Assembly: GCF_009914755.1 (NCBI RefSeq)
Contig: NC_060937.1
Length of the DNA stretch: 64,000 nucleotides
Reading direction: 5' to 3' (one strand)
DNA from: the human T2T-CHM13v2.0 reference genome, Homo sapiens
Program-made: the position numbers and the translations under genes
Shown: positions 1-14,392 of the stretch, in pieces
How positions within the stretch are numbered: the stretch's first letter is position 1
How the letters are laid out: each line of letters opens with the position of its first letter
Notes under the pieces: model-generated
Databases searched by the model: none
Seen by the model: the letters and a program-made list of their open reading frames with translations, nothing else
Told to the model about the DNA's origin: nothing

Positions 1-312
1 GGTTAATATAACACAAGGCTTAGCAGCATGGTGTTTAATGGAAAGTGTATTAATAACATAATAGAATTCATGTCAAATAACCTTATAAAACCTCTTGTTC
101 AGTTTCTAGTCAAAAAGCAAAGAAGAACAAAAAAAAATCCCCCTTTTTTTACTAAAATAAACTCAGTCTTATTCATGTATACCCGAGAGAATATTTTTTT
201 CTTTTTTTTTCAGAAAACAAAATAATCAACATGGGTTTAAGGGGGAGATAAAATGATCTACTTATCTATCTATCCATCAACCCATCTATATCTATCTCAA
301 TACCTAGGGGTC

Positions 313-676
313 TGTATTAGTCCATTTTCATACCGCTATGAAGAAATACCGAAGACTGGGTAATTTATAAAGAAAAAGAAGTGTGATGGACTCACCGTTC
401 CACATGGCTGGGGAGACCTCACAATCATGGTAGAAGGCAAAGGAGGAACAAAGGCATATCTTACATGAAGGCAAGGAAGACAGTGTGTGCAGGGTAACTA
501 CTCTTTATAAAACCATCAGATCTCATGAGACTTATTCACTATCACGAGAACAGCATGAGAAATACCTGCCCTCATGATTCAATTACCTCCCATTGGGTTC
601 TTCCCATGACATGTAGGGATTATGGGAGCTCCAATTCAAGATGAGGTTTGGGTGGGGACCCAGCCAAACCATATCA
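313..676 (-). mobile_element. THE1-type MaLR solo LTR
   Basis: Begins TGTATTAGTCCATTTTCA and ends CAGCCAAACCATATCA, the reverse complement of THE1 termini; contains AAAACCATCAGATCTCATGAGACTTATTCACTATCACGAGAACAGCATG. Confidence 0.9.
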
Positions 677-2313
677 GTGCCTATTAACAGCTTTCTTTTG
701 ATAAAATAGGAAGGGTGGTAATAGTTTTCATAGTAACAAAGTTTTATGTTTTATCTTTTTGAAATAATGTATCTAATCATTAAAATTCTTTAAAAAATTC
801 TTTAAAAAGAATTCACTCAGCACCTTATCATTTAAAATACAATGGTAACTGCTTAGTATTAAATACCAGAGAGATATGAGAATGAAACAGTTGAAGGGCA
901 AACTCCTAGATGCCTCGACTACAATATACAGTGTCCGGGAGAGACTTTTACTGCTAGAAACCAGAAGTACCATAGAGTCAAAGTTGCTATGAAGAGACTG
1001 GAAATAGTTTAGTTCAGACCCAAAGCTCAAGTCAGCTATAAAATTTATCTTAGTGTCCTAGCGCAAATCAGATTCCAAGTAGAAGACAAAACTCAGTGAG
1101 CTATTATTGTAGATGGCATATTTTCCAGTTAAAGCTACTGTCGACTTGTGCCATGACTTCCATAGGAGGCCCATTGAAAAACAATCCCCTGGATCATTGC
1201 ATGGACTTGCCCAGTGGCTGGTAGTAATAGATTTAGGTGGTATTAAATAAATAATTGATAAACGTATGAATTTTGTTTGCATTTGAACATTAGCAGACCA
1301 TATAAATTAGGAGTTCTCTGTAAGTCTGTATTGATATAAATCTTACCGAAGCTAATAATTCGAACAATGTAAATGCAAGAGAGCATCTGAAACTAATATC
1401 CGATCAGAGTGTGGTAAAGGGAGCATACAGACCCCAAGTGGGCATGGTAAGCTAAGAATTGCATCAATTTTTTTATGTGAGAAGAACCAAAGATTAATCA
1501 GTATCACTTTGTATGTTACCTGTATTTTGATATCCAATATAGTCATTTCTGATTAATTGTTTAATAAACTGCCTGTGGTTCTCACATCATGTTTTAGTCA
1601 AGGAAGGTTCTCATTAATTTTAAACAATAAAGCTCTGATTTAAAGAACATTTTTCATTGTTCCTAAAGGGCACAATAAACAATTGCAGTCCAACCCTCTA
1701 GTGCCAAGAATGATGGAGAAAGGCAGGGGTAGCTGTAAAGTACGTGACCTTATGCAGTCTGCACCATACCCACCCAATGCCAGGTGATGTCTCTTTCTTT
1801 CTCACGTCTCCCCCTCATTTCATGGTTTCCCTACCTCTAAAATTTCCCTTCCCCAGATATGTAACAGCCTAGAGTCTGAATATTATAGTGTAAAAAGCCC
1901 TGTTCTTTATTTCCATCCTCTCTGTTACAAATGCAGTTATTCTGAGGAAAATCTTTCTAAGACGTGTCAAAGATAAAAAAAATTGGATCATGTCTTCATC
2001 TTCTTCTTAGGACTGATTCTTTGCTAATGCAGTCATAAGCCACAAAAAAAGTGTGCCATCTGAAAATCACTTTCCCATTTTTCTCTTTAAAATATATGAC
2101 AAAGAAAATCATTATTTATATTGCCAACAACAGAAATAGTGTTGGGCTTTTGCACTCCTCTGTAAATTTTTATTGAATTAATGAAGGAATTAAGCCAACC
2201 AAATATTCTGTACCTATGTGCAGACTCAATAACATTAAAGCAATCTAAAAAAAAGTGTGGTGACGTAATGTCTATTATGTGCAGGGTTTTTAAAAATGAA
2301 TGAACCCTTTTAC

Positions 2314-2638
<325 letters not shown>

Positions 2639-2708
2639 CTATATACTCTAGTGGAGAGACAAGATATATAAATTTGAGTAAAGAAAAGTAAATTAGGAAG
2701 TGTCATTA

Positions 2709-3007
<299 letters not shown>

Positions 3008-3901
3008 TGTGTCATTAGATGGCACAATAACATTCAAATGAAGGACTATTTAATTAATACTATGACTTTGGAAATATGAGAGACTGTAGATGGTCTGCAG
3101 TTTTGTTCAAAGACTTCGGGGAGATCAAGTTATCAAAATGATTACATTTGGCTACTGAATTGTTTAGCTAATTGTATATTTACAGTATGCATTGTAATTA
3201 CCAGGTGACATCATATGCATTTTTGTCAATACTGACAAACTTTAAAGCGATAGTCCAAGAAACTGTCAATTACCATTTCTGAAAGAAAATTGGAAGCGAC
3301 TTTTTAATGGCCAATTCAGAGATATTAATTAATATCCTAGCATCTCAGAATGATTGTGGACAGTTCAAATCCCATCTAGCTTATGTTATGTAAATGCAGC
3401 CTTCAGTTTTCTCTCATGCTTTGGAAACATTATATGAATATTATATATGTTTATATGTATAAATAGATGTTATACTATATTGTGTATGTTAAATAAACAT
3501 CATATATGTGCGTATATACAGTATTCTATGTGTCTTGTAATTATTTTATGTTAAAAGGAGTTCTGGAAAGCTCTCATTTAGACTAAGAATCTGACCACTT
3601 TATCAAACAGCTTCACATTCTTTAATATTCTTTGCCTTATATCCTACATTCCATCATTTCCGGTGTCAGCAATTTAGAGACATGGGTTGCTTTTCTTCTC
3701 TAAAGTATTCAAGCATCTTGTAATATAGTGTGCATAGTGCTTTCAATAAGCAGCTATCTGAAAATAACACTTGGGGTTCCATACACACAGACACACAGAG
3801 CAGGCATTTCTAGATCAAGCGTGTTAGAGTCTGAATATGAAGTCACATTATTTAGTGTTTATTGTGTGCCTTATAGAGAAACATTAAGACTGGATAATAT
3901 T

Positions 3902-4222
<321 letters not shown>

Positions 4223-4374
4223 TTACCTTATTTGATCCTCATAACTCTGTAATGAACTCTGTAACTCAATTTCTTAAATCATATTTTATTTAATAGCATT
4301 GCAATGGAGATTTTAAGTGCTGTTTAACTTTAACACTAATTCTCTTTCCACTATAATCCCCCTAAAAGATCATT

Positions 4375-4480
4375 TAACTTAACCCATTCATTTTACACAG
4401 GAGAAAACTAAAGAGCTGAATGTTTAAGTAGCTTGTCCTTTCCCACATAATTGGCATAGCTGAAGTTTCACACAAAACTA
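4375..4480 (-). mobile_element. MIR fragment
   Basis: CATTTTACACAGGAGAAAACTAAAGAGCTGAATGTTTAAGTAGCTTGTCC resembles the reverse-complemented MIR core. Confidence 0.5.
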
Positions 4481-4907
4481 ACTGATGAAGAAATTTCGCT
4501 TGAAGGACCAGTAGTAAAAAGAACATATTATTAAGCACAGATAGTACCTCACTCATCTAATATGTCTATAAATTTTCTTTGGTTGTTTTCTTCTCTAATC
4601 AAATGTGGAAGTGACCTAAGCTGAAAATGGCAAGCTTCCGGAGATATTTTTGAAGTCTAACATATACAGCCCCTGTCTCTTGAAAATAAGCCTGTTTATG
4701 GCTGCTAGTTTATTCATGGTGGAAAAATTTTGAATTTTTGCTGCTTTTGTTGTTGTTGTTTTTAGACGTCAGCTCAGATTTTATAAGAAATGACTCTTTT
4801 TGACATTAGGATGAAGCGTGAAGCAATCCATTTCCCAGGTAAAAAAACAAAAAACAAAACAGAACAAAAAAACTATAGGCTCATCTTAACTCTGGCTTTC
4901 TTAAAAT

Positions 4908-5309
4908 AGGATCTACCAAATCTTAAGGGGTCTATGCATGGACCTTTGGAGGCTGATGAACTTGGATAAGAGAAAAAAAATGCATCATTATTTTTACTAT
5001 CCTATAACTGAAATTTAGCATTTACTTCCATGTTAAATGTAATCAATAAACCATGGTAGTACTAGCAATTCTGGATGACTTTGCTACCCATGGAAATCAA
5101 ATAGAAACTTTCATATTACATTCAGGTTATCGATGATATTGAAAGTTTTGTACTCACCACTACTTTGAGATTATAAAAATTATTAGTTGTTAATAGTTAT
5201 TTCTTTGTAATCCCATGTATGTTATTTTATATGTTTAAAAACATTAAAGATCCATGATGTTCACTTGATTACAAAAAGGATCCATGGCCAAAAAAGCTAG
5301 GAATTCAGT
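4908..5309 (+). mobile_element. hAT-Charlie non-autonomous DNA transposon (Charlie4a-like)
   Basis: TAACTGAAATTTAGCATTT...AAACCATGGTAGTACTAGCA interior and GGATCCATGGCCAAAAAAGCTAGGAA end match my recollection of Charlie4a. Confidence 0.5.
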
Positions 5310-6462
5310 ATTAGCAATGCTCCATACATGTTTATCTCTTTCTGGAATCAATAAGTATGAACCCGTAGTGTAATTAGTGGCCTTTTATCTCGCCCAAGTT
5401 CTCTCAAAGTTGGAGTAGAAGCTAAATTCTGGATTTGTCTCTTCCTCTTCTTTTTCTCTCTGAGAGCTGAACTCAAGCAATCATTAATAATTTATTTGCC
5501 ACAAAATAGGGAAGTTACTAACTTCTGGAAGACCTAATACTGAGACTTTACTTTTATTTTTATGAAAAGCCTGAACTCAACTTCTATAGTATTGTTTACA
5601 AGAGAATATTACAATACATCTGCTCAAAGTCTGCATATTTTCTCTAATGCCCCAGTTTCTATAGCTAATAGTTTTGTGCACTAGAATGTCTTGAACCTCT
5701 CCCACAATTTTCTTTCACTGGTAGCACCACTCCAGTTTTGAGACAACAGTGACATTGAACTAAAGCCTAGCACCTCAGAAAGGAATGGAGCTGAGGCTTC
5801 CGAGGAGGAGGGAATCAAATTTAGGGAACCAAGAGTTAGAGACAGGAAGGAAAGGGCACATGGATGCAACATGCTTACGGCTGCACGGGAGTGGGGAGGG
5901 ACTCCTCAGAGCTTTCCCTAAAATTGCTGGCTTCAAAAAAGGTAATTAACTAGCATTTCACTTTATTATCTTAAAATTGAACATACGAATTCCATGAACA
6001 CATAATGAAATAAGTCAACGACAGATGATCAGAATATGACAACAAATGGGATTTGTTATAAAATCATCATTTAAAAAATTATATCATATTGACCATTTAT
6101 CAATTTTAGTAGAGACAATCTTCCTGATATGTTATAATCTGGCTGTGTCAGATACACTGAGCTTCTTGGAACACATGGTTATAGATTCAACTCCCATTTG
6201 GTCCAGTGAACTTTGTGTGAATTGGGGCCACAGCTGCATCCCAATCAAGGCAATTTATCTTATAATTTTTACTACAGGTCTCTGAGAAAATTCAATAGAA
6301 GAGTTTGGTTAGATGGGTATAGCTCCATTATCATTAGCAGAAATTTAGACCATGTTATTCACAAACAGTGATTAATGTTTTCTTCTTAAGAGTCCTCCTT
6401 AAAAATTTATATTAGATAGAGCTCTAAAGTATAGAATAAATCATTAAAAGTGGAAGCGGAAA

Positions 6463-6541
6463 TGACTGACCTGTATACTTAAGAACACTTAAGTTGTTAA
6501 ATTGTGTTATGTGTATTTTTCCACAATTTAAAAACTAAATA
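6463..6541 (+). mobile_element. Very short 5'-truncated L1M(B-like) 3' terminus
   Basis: TGTTATGTGTATTTTTCCACAATTTAAAAA matches the L1MB 3' end; flanked by identical TGGAAGCGGAAA at 6451-6462 and 6542-6553. Confidence 0.7.
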
Positions 6542-7215
6542 TGGAAGCGGAAAGAGCTGTCAGTTACTGTTCACATTGGTTCTGTTGAAGACATGAAGTT
6601 TTGATCTCAATTTGCCAACCTAAAAACTATTTTCCAGTTACAATTTTAAACTCTGTAGAGGGGCACTGAATAAGATCTTCTGCTCACAGCATTGGACATT
6701 TCAACAAACACATTTTAAAATATATGTTTAGCCAGCATTTTGGCCATTTTATAAAGTTAAAGATAAGTCAAATTGGACTTTATTTCTCAATGACACAATT
6801 AAAAATAATGTAGAAGTGTCAAAGGAAAACTAAACCCAATTCCAGTACATTATTTAAATGTGGATATCTTAGGATGACACCTTGTCAATCTGTGATTCAG
6901 CCCATTTCACATTTTCTTCCATTCTTTTATAGTCTCTTAAATTCCAGGAATCTATGGTATTATCATAGTATTTAAGAAAACATGTTGTAACATTGTTACC
7001 TTCTGCCCCTGCCTGCACGTATGCAAACCTAACTCAATTAGCCTGGTATTGAAGCACCTGCCATGAGATCTGTTCCTCATGCTGCAGGCCCCCACCACGG
7101 CTCCTAGACATGAGGCCTAAGCACTTAGACACTTGGATTACTTCCCCGCAAAGCAATTCTTCTCCTTCATAGGCCCTCTAGCCTCTACTCCCTCTTTTCC
7201 CTACCACACCTTCCC

Positions 7216-7763
7216 TGTTATCTATTCTTCATGACAAAGAAATCCAAATTCAATGACATGAAACAACAACCATTTTATTATGTTCTTAGATTCTAAGGAC
7301 AAGGAATTCAGAAGAGGCTGAGTGGGAACAGTTTGCTTTTGCTTTGAGATATTTTGGGCTTCATCTAGAGTACTTGAAGACTGGAGACTGGACTCATCTA
7401 AAGGGGTTCCTTTGACTCAGATTTCTGAGTGTTGCCGCTGGCTGTTGGTTGCAATCTCAGCTGGACCTGTTGGCCCAACACCCACATGTAGCCTCTCTTG
7501 GCTGCATGAGCTCCTTTATAGCATGGATAGCTGGGTTCCAAGAAAAAAAAAAATCCAAGAGAAACAGGCAGAAGTTGTTTGCTTTTTATGGCTTAGGCTC
7601 AAAATATCATAACATCACTTCTTCTATTCATAAGCCCACCAGATTCAAGAAGAAATACTAACCTCATGTCTTCAGGCGAGACCTCTCAGAGTGACACAGT
7701 GAAAACAGTAAGGGTAATGAGAGTAATTGTTGCAATCATATTTGAAAAATAGCTTCTGCCACA
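7216..7763 (-). mobile_element. Old MLT1 (MaLR) solo LTR
   Basis: AAACAACAACCATTTTATTATGTTCTTAGATTCT...CAAGGAATTCAG pattern and TCTGCCACA terminus. Confidence 0.7.
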
Positions 7764-10260
7764 CCTACTGTATGGGAGACTTGCTTCCGTATCTGCACCA
7801 GGCCAGGTTTATCAGAATTTTCTGGAGCTACTGTCAAACTCATAACCTGTATCTATTTTATTGATTTGGCACCACCATACTTAATGTGAAGTTCCACTAC
7901 CATGTTTGACTGTCCATGGACAGTACATTAAAAATATAGAAGACGCTTCCTCTGCATTCAGGTTTCCCCTAAACTTACAGAGAGTTCAGCCCTTTCTCAC
8001 AGAGCCCCAAGGAACAGGAGTGTCAGGCCTCTTCCTAGGCACCAGCAGCCTCCAGTGAATCATAGTAACTTCCCTGGATTTCCTCTTCCTGCTTACCCAT
8101 TGAGACCTTTTTCCCATTACAATGGAAAAATGCCTAATGGATTCACATAATGCCTTTCTTACTCTGCTATCCATCATTTACATTTCTCTGTCTTATAAAT
8201 GTTTAGTGTCTGGATCCTTGGAATATTCAAATCATTTTTCTTCCCTACAAATCCATATATGTAATTTATATAAATAAAAAGTGCACTTGAGACTTGCTCT
8301 AACTATGGATTTTTAAAGCCTATTTGGAACTTAAAGCCAATTATTTTACTGTTCATATTCTATTTTTTTGTTCTGTTTTCCTGGGGATAATAAGCTCAGT
8401 ATTATTTTAATATTGGAGGAATGGTGTCTAGTGAAAAAAAAGTAAGGAAAAGACAAATGAATACATTTAGAAATATTATCCTGCTGCATTTGCATATGAC
8501 ATATTGGACAATTATATACTGAGGCAGAAAGACTATAAATTATATTGACCATTACACTTTCAATCACATTTGGTAATGAATAAGCTTCCTAATATAAATG
8601 CAAATAATATTTATTATCAATAAGACATTCTAAAATATATTAATCTAATTCTGAGACAAGTGAAATTCATAATAGCCTTTATATTCTTGATTGTTTAAGA
8701 TATAAATAATCTCTACTTTGTGTAAATATTCAGGTTGTACCAGATATAACAGCATCCCAGAAATACTTACTAAGTTTTGCATTATATCATTTTTGTTGTC
8801 TAATGTGATGCAACTTCTATTTGTTGTATTACTGTATATTGTGACTTTTTAAAATATGTGAAAATGTTACCAGGTTCAAATCCAACTGCTATAATGCAAG
8901 TCTTATCAATTGGATGAGCTTGCACTAAAAATGATGTGAATTAGGTGTCAAGTCTTCACAGTAGAAAATTATGAGATGTATCTTGGACTTGCTGATTGAT
9001 GTTTTTGCACCTCTCTAAAATTCTGGCATGTGTAAGTTGAGAATATATATCTGGGTGAATTTTCTGTGATAATTTTATTTACACAGATTATTAAACACAT
9101 AGAAATTAGTTATAAGAGTAGATTTAGAGATTGTGATTTTAACCTAGCCAGACACTGACTGAGAGGTTTTCACAAAATGTTTGTCTACAGCAGAGGACTT
9201 ATATACTAAAAACAATTCTATTAATAAAAAATAAAAGTAATGGTTGAAGAAGTCACATTGAAGTGACTGTTGAAGTCAGAAGGAATTTCTGAAAATGATC
9301 CGCAATAGGAAAATAAGATATTTCTTAAAGTTTTAATTAGACTGAATATTTTCTGACAGGGCTTGCACACACATAGACATACACAGAAAGAGAGAGATGG
9401 AGAGAGAAATGTGGATAGGGAGAGAGAGGATAAAAACAGCTAAAATAAATGTAAAAAAAAAACAAAAAACACTAGATGAGCAATTTAAGGAAGAAAAAGG
9501 CCCCAATCTTCACTTCTGTTTCCGAAATAATACTTCTCAAAACATTGTTTACGGACTCCTGGGTCCCCTAGCTACATCCATGGTGATGGCCCATCTGTTT
9601 TCATAAGGATGGTAGATCTTATGTGCCTGTTTTACGGTGCTGACATATGCACGGATGGTGCAGAAGCAATGTGGGAAAAATGCTGGGCCTTTGCATGAAT
9701 GGAGGGAGGGACACCCAGCCACTGGTAGCCATTGTATTCTTCCCAGCCAGGAACCAGCAGGAAAAACAAACACAAAAATTAAGAATGCCCTGGATGAAAC
9801 ATGAAAATCATTAGTTTATTCAGTCTCAGCTCTCCAGTCACAGTGTTTTAATGTTCTGTGTGATGAAATGGGAAGAGCTCTCAAGGCTGCCCCACAGCAT
9901 AATGAAGTATGATGATTGTTCTCTGGCGCGTGTAATTGTCTAAGTTGCAAGCTAGACTAGCTGCATCTTTTGCATGAAGCACCATTTTTCCTTGAAAGAA
10001 AAACTGACAGAAAACCTATGGTTATTCAGAGGTGGGTATTTTGCAGACATTTTCTTGATAGTGAATCAAGAAAGTGAACCTGCCACTTTAAGAAAAACAT
10101 CTGATAGTATTTGTTGTCAATGATAAAATTCAAGCTTTCACATGGAAATTAGAAATGTGGAAAACTTATATTCACTACTGTGAGATTGACAATACCTAAC
10201 TCTTAAATATTTTTCTGGTTATAGAGACGATAAAATTAATGAATGTGATACTAGATATTA

Positions 10261-10377
10261 TACAGTGAAAAGTGTCAGCATTTGAAAGATCAGCGTAATT
10301 TAGTAAACTGTACTTTCTGATGTAGTGAAGTGTGTCAGCATTTGAAAGGTCAGTATAACTCAGCCAGTACTTTCTGA
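10261..10377. repeat. Imperfect ~60-bp tandem duplication inside Charlie1
   Basis: GTGTCAGCATTTGAAAG and TACTTTCTGA recur with ~60-bp period. Confidence 0.9.
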
Positions 10378-10435
10378 ATAATCTGTGCATTACATAACAA
10401 ATCACGCATGGGTAAATAATCCCAAGTGCAAGATA

Positions 10436-10732
10436 AAGTGGGTGAGGTGGCTTACGCCTGTAATACCAATTCTTTGGAAGGCCAAGGTGGGAAGATTGCT
10501 TGAGCCCAGGAGTTTGAGACCAGCTTGGGCAACAGAATGAGACTCTGTCTCTACAAACATTAAAAAAAAATCAGCCTAGTGTGGTGGCGCTCTTGTGGTC
10601 CCAGCTACACCGGAGGCTAAGGCAGGAAGATTTTTTTGAGCCCAGGAGGATGAGGCTGCAGTGAGCCATAATTGCTCCACTCCACTTCAACCTTGACAAC
10701 AGAGCAAGACCTTGTCTCAAAAAGCAACAAAG
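10436..10732 (+). mobile_element. AluJ nested in Charlie1
   Basis: GATTGCTTGAGCCCAGGAGTTTGAG and GAGGCTGCAGTGAGCC are J-type; flanks AAGTGCAAGATA / AAATGCAAGATA. Confidence 0.92.
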
Positions 10733-11297
10733 AAATGCAAGATAGACGAATGAATTCGAATATAACAGTACAAAAAATAGTGATAATGTTTTCTGATTCC
10801 ACATTTCAATTGCTATTTAAAAATTACTACTTGTCAAGTTTTGGTATAGTATTAAAGAAGAATGTCCCTGGTTATTTGCAAAAGTCTATTAAAATGCCCT
10901 CTTCCCTTTTTCAGTTGCATCTGTGTGAGATTGGATTTTCTTCATATACTTCAATCTAAACAACTTATGGCAATATAATGAATACAGAAGCAGATATAAG
11001 AATCAAAGTATTTGTTTTAAGACAGACATTAAAGAGATTTACAAAAATGTAAAACAATGTTCTCAGTAAGCTTCTAGTCTTGGAAAAAATAGCATGTTTT
11101 TCCTAAAACATGTAATCGTTATTTTAATTTTTCTCAGATTTAATTTTTAATATAGTAAGTATCAATAGATACAACCCACCACAAAAGCTCTTGGGATTCT
11201 CAATGCTTCTTAAGAGGGTAAATGTATACTGAGACAAAAAAATTGTACACTACTGTTTTAAACAATTTCATATCATTTATTTATAGGGAAGATTGTT

Positions 11298-11695
11298 TGA
11301 TGTAGTTTGGGTGCTTATCCCCTCCAAAACTTATATTGAAATGTGATCTCCAATGTTTTAAGTGTGGCCTAGTGGGAGGCTTTGGGTTCTGGGTGTGTGG
11401 ATCTGTCATTACTGTCTTGGTGTCTTCTCTGTAGTAATGAGTGAGTTCTCACTCTGTTAGTTCATGCGTGAGCTGCTTGTTTCAAAGTGCCTGGCATCTC
11501 TCTTGCTCCCTCTCTTGCCATGTGACATGCCTGCTCCCGCTTTGCCTTCTTCCATGAGTAAAAGCTTCCTGAGGTCTCACCAGAAGCCATGCTTCCTGTA
11601 CAGCCTGCACAACCGTGAGCAAATTAAACCGCTTTTCTTTATAATTTACCCAGCCTCAGGTATTCTTTCATAGCAATGTAAAAGAGACTAATACA
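11298..11695 (+). mobile_element. MST (MSTB-like) solo LTR
   Basis: TGATGTAGTTTGG start, GACTAATACA end, perfect 5-bp TSD TTGTT (11293-11297, 11696-11700). Confidence 0.9.
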
Positions 11696-12329
11696 TTGTT
11701 GATACATCTGAACCACGTGGTCTTGTTACATCTATAGACTATTTTGTTTTAGTTGTTTGATTTTCTCACTATTCTTCTTTAGTCCCCTCTGCATAGTTTT
11801 AATGTTGGTGTTTCCTAAAGTTCACTATTAGCCTTCTACTTCTTCTCCTATTCTCCCTGGTGACGGTTGGAAGAGATGCTCTGTCTTCCTTGGATTGTCC
11901 CTGTGTCTTCTTACTGAGTAAGTCAAGAGCACAGAGCTATAAACACTTTCATCCCAGGAATTTATTTGGGTTGTGCTTTCAGTGAGTTACTCTGAAAAAT
12001 GACATGAAATCTCCTCCCATGGTAAGGACAAACTGCCTTATGCTTTCTACAAAAGCACTAGATTCTTCAAGCTCAATGCTTTTCTCCTGCAATGCAAACT
12101 GCTGTGTACAAGTGTCCATCACAGGCCCACTTGCCTCACCCCGATGGGACTTAAGACAGCAGCATGGGGAAGTGAGGGAAACAGACATGAAGCTCTGGCT
12201 GCTGCGGTTTCTCTTACCCAGGTGCCTGGGTCTTCTTGTGTCTTCTGCCAGCATCTACGAAACTCTGGCTGGTAAACTTATGAACTTGCAAGCAGGATGA
12301 AACCATAGACACTTATAGTTATTTTGTTT

Positions 12330-12600
12330 TATTATTATTATTATTTTGAGACAGGGTCTTGCTCTGTCTCCCAGGCTGGAGTGCAGTGGTATGATCACAG
12401 CTCACTGCAGCCTTGAACTTCTGGATTCAAGGGATCCTTCCACCTTAGTCCCAGTAGCTGGGCCTACAGGTGCATGCCACTACACCCAGCTAATTTGTTG
12501 TTGTTGTTGTTGTTGTTGTTAAAGATGGGGTCTTGGTCTGTTGCTCAGGCTGGTCTCCAACTTCTGGCCTCAAGAGAGCCTCCTGCCTCAGCCTCCTAAG
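12330..12600 (-). mobile_element. AluJ, 5'-truncated, with (GTT)n in the linker
   Basis: TTTTGAGACAGGGTCTTGCTCTGTC...GATCACAGCTCACTGCAGCCTTGAAC antisense J pattern. Confidence 0.9.
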
Positions 12601-14172
12601 TAATCTTGCCCATCTCTTGACAGTGATCTCTTCCTCACCTATGGTTTCCCCCTAAAAATCTGAAAGTCCAATGACTCCAAAATTTATGATTTTCAACTGG
12701 ATTGCTTACTAAAACAATAGGACAAAGGTACAGTTCATGCCCTATTTGTCCAGTTTAATTATGTCATGGAATTAATTTCCTCAATGATTGTAACTTCCTT
12801 GATCTAGAGGGGGTCATACCATATAGATCTTCTGTATTCTTTTGTTGCCCTGAATTCGGTATTAGATCATAGCTCCACTTTAGTAGACCCTCATTAAGAG
12901 TTAGTTATCAGTGATAATATTTCCTCCTTTGGCGCTCCAGTATCACCTAAAAATTCTCAAGCAATAATTCAAAAGTAAATTACTTCCCCAGATCCCACAG
13001 TTCCTTGATGTTTTTTTCTTTTCTCCCATGATTTCCAGAAATATAATTAATTTAGCCTGAGAGTTTTTACAAGTTGCAGCCTCAGCCCATGGCCTTTCCA
13101 ACAATGTACCCCTGAGAGTGTCTGGAAACTTAGTTGAGCAGAAAACTTAAGCCAGACCTTCTGTTTGAACGCACCAAATGCGACACGCTATTTCCCAGAG
13201 AGAGCTCTCTGCTTGCTCCTGGTGTGACCATGGCTCAAAGCCAAGCCTTGCTGCAGACATATTACCCCTCAGTGAGGGAGAAAAACTATCTCATGTAACA
13301 ACTGTAGCTATGGTTTTAGAATCCTGATTATTAACAATTTTTTTTCTGAGTGAAAAATTTAAAAAAAGTGACATTTAATATCCTAATTAAGGCTTTGGTA
13401 GTTTCTTTAGAGGGCATCAACAGGGTATTTGTACAGATCACAAGCAACCTCTCTTTGAACACAGAGGACGCTATACAAAGCTAAATGTTAGTCTGAGATG
13501 ACAACCAAATATGATATTTGTATTTCAGCGGCACACACACATATACACACATACACACACGAAATCATGTGTATGTATTCTTTTACCTATTTCATACAAA
13601 TGAGAACATAATATATAATTATATTTCATATAATATACATGCAATAGGTAAAATAATACACGTACATATTATACACATTGTTGTATAATATGTCCTCATG
13701 TGTTGTTAAAATTCTATCCTTGCAATATTGCCTCTGAATCTACAGACAGCTTCTTTATTTCATAATAATATCAAGGAGGAGTCATTGCATATCAGTGATG
13801 TCACCTGATTTCTTACTGTACATTCTTGCAAAACCAAGCTTGGGGTCCCTCAAACCAGGATTTCCTCTTCTAGATATTTGTTCAGCTTTGTAGTCCTCAT
13901 GAATTCTCCAGGTTTTTTGTAGTTTCCAAAAATCTCCACTCTGATTTCTACCTCTGCCAGTTGAGACTAGTTAATAAAAGTTTACAGGATGACACATATT
14001 CCAGAGTTTAAAATCAGTCCTTAATTTTGATATGATGTTGATATACAGCCCTTTGTAATTGTTAATCAGTAAAACACTTATCCAGCTATCATTCTAACTT
14101 CAAGCTTTGTTTGAAATTCAGAGAGTTTGAAAGGTAGAGAATAACGCAAGATGTAATCTGATGGCCCTGAAA

Positions 14173-14392
14173 AAAATTATTATTGTATCCCTTTAGAAAA
14201 GTTTGATTTCTATATCTTTGTAAATATCATCTTGCATTTTACTTAGATTTCAAATCTTTTTAGTAAAAAGTTTTGCTAAAGAAAATTATTATTGTATCAC
14301 CTTAGAACAGTTGGTGTGATTTCTATATTTTTGTAAATATTGTCTTACATTTCACCCAGATATCAAATCTTTTTAGAAAAAAGTTTTGCTAA
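14173..14392. repeat. Diverged ~110-bp tandem duplication
   Basis: AAAATTATTATTGTATC, TCAAATCTTTTTAG and AAAAGTTTTGCTAA each occur twice in the same order. Confidence 0.9.

Larger units (their letters stand above)
9528..11254 (+). mobile_element. Charlie1-family hAT DNA transposon remnant, interrupted by an AluJ
   Basis: TACTTCTCAAA...GGACTCCTGGGTCCCC 5' end, GGGTATTTTGCAGACATTTTCTTG interior, AAAAGCTCTTGGGATTCTCAAT...CTGAGACAAAAAAATT 3' end. Confidence 0.8.
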
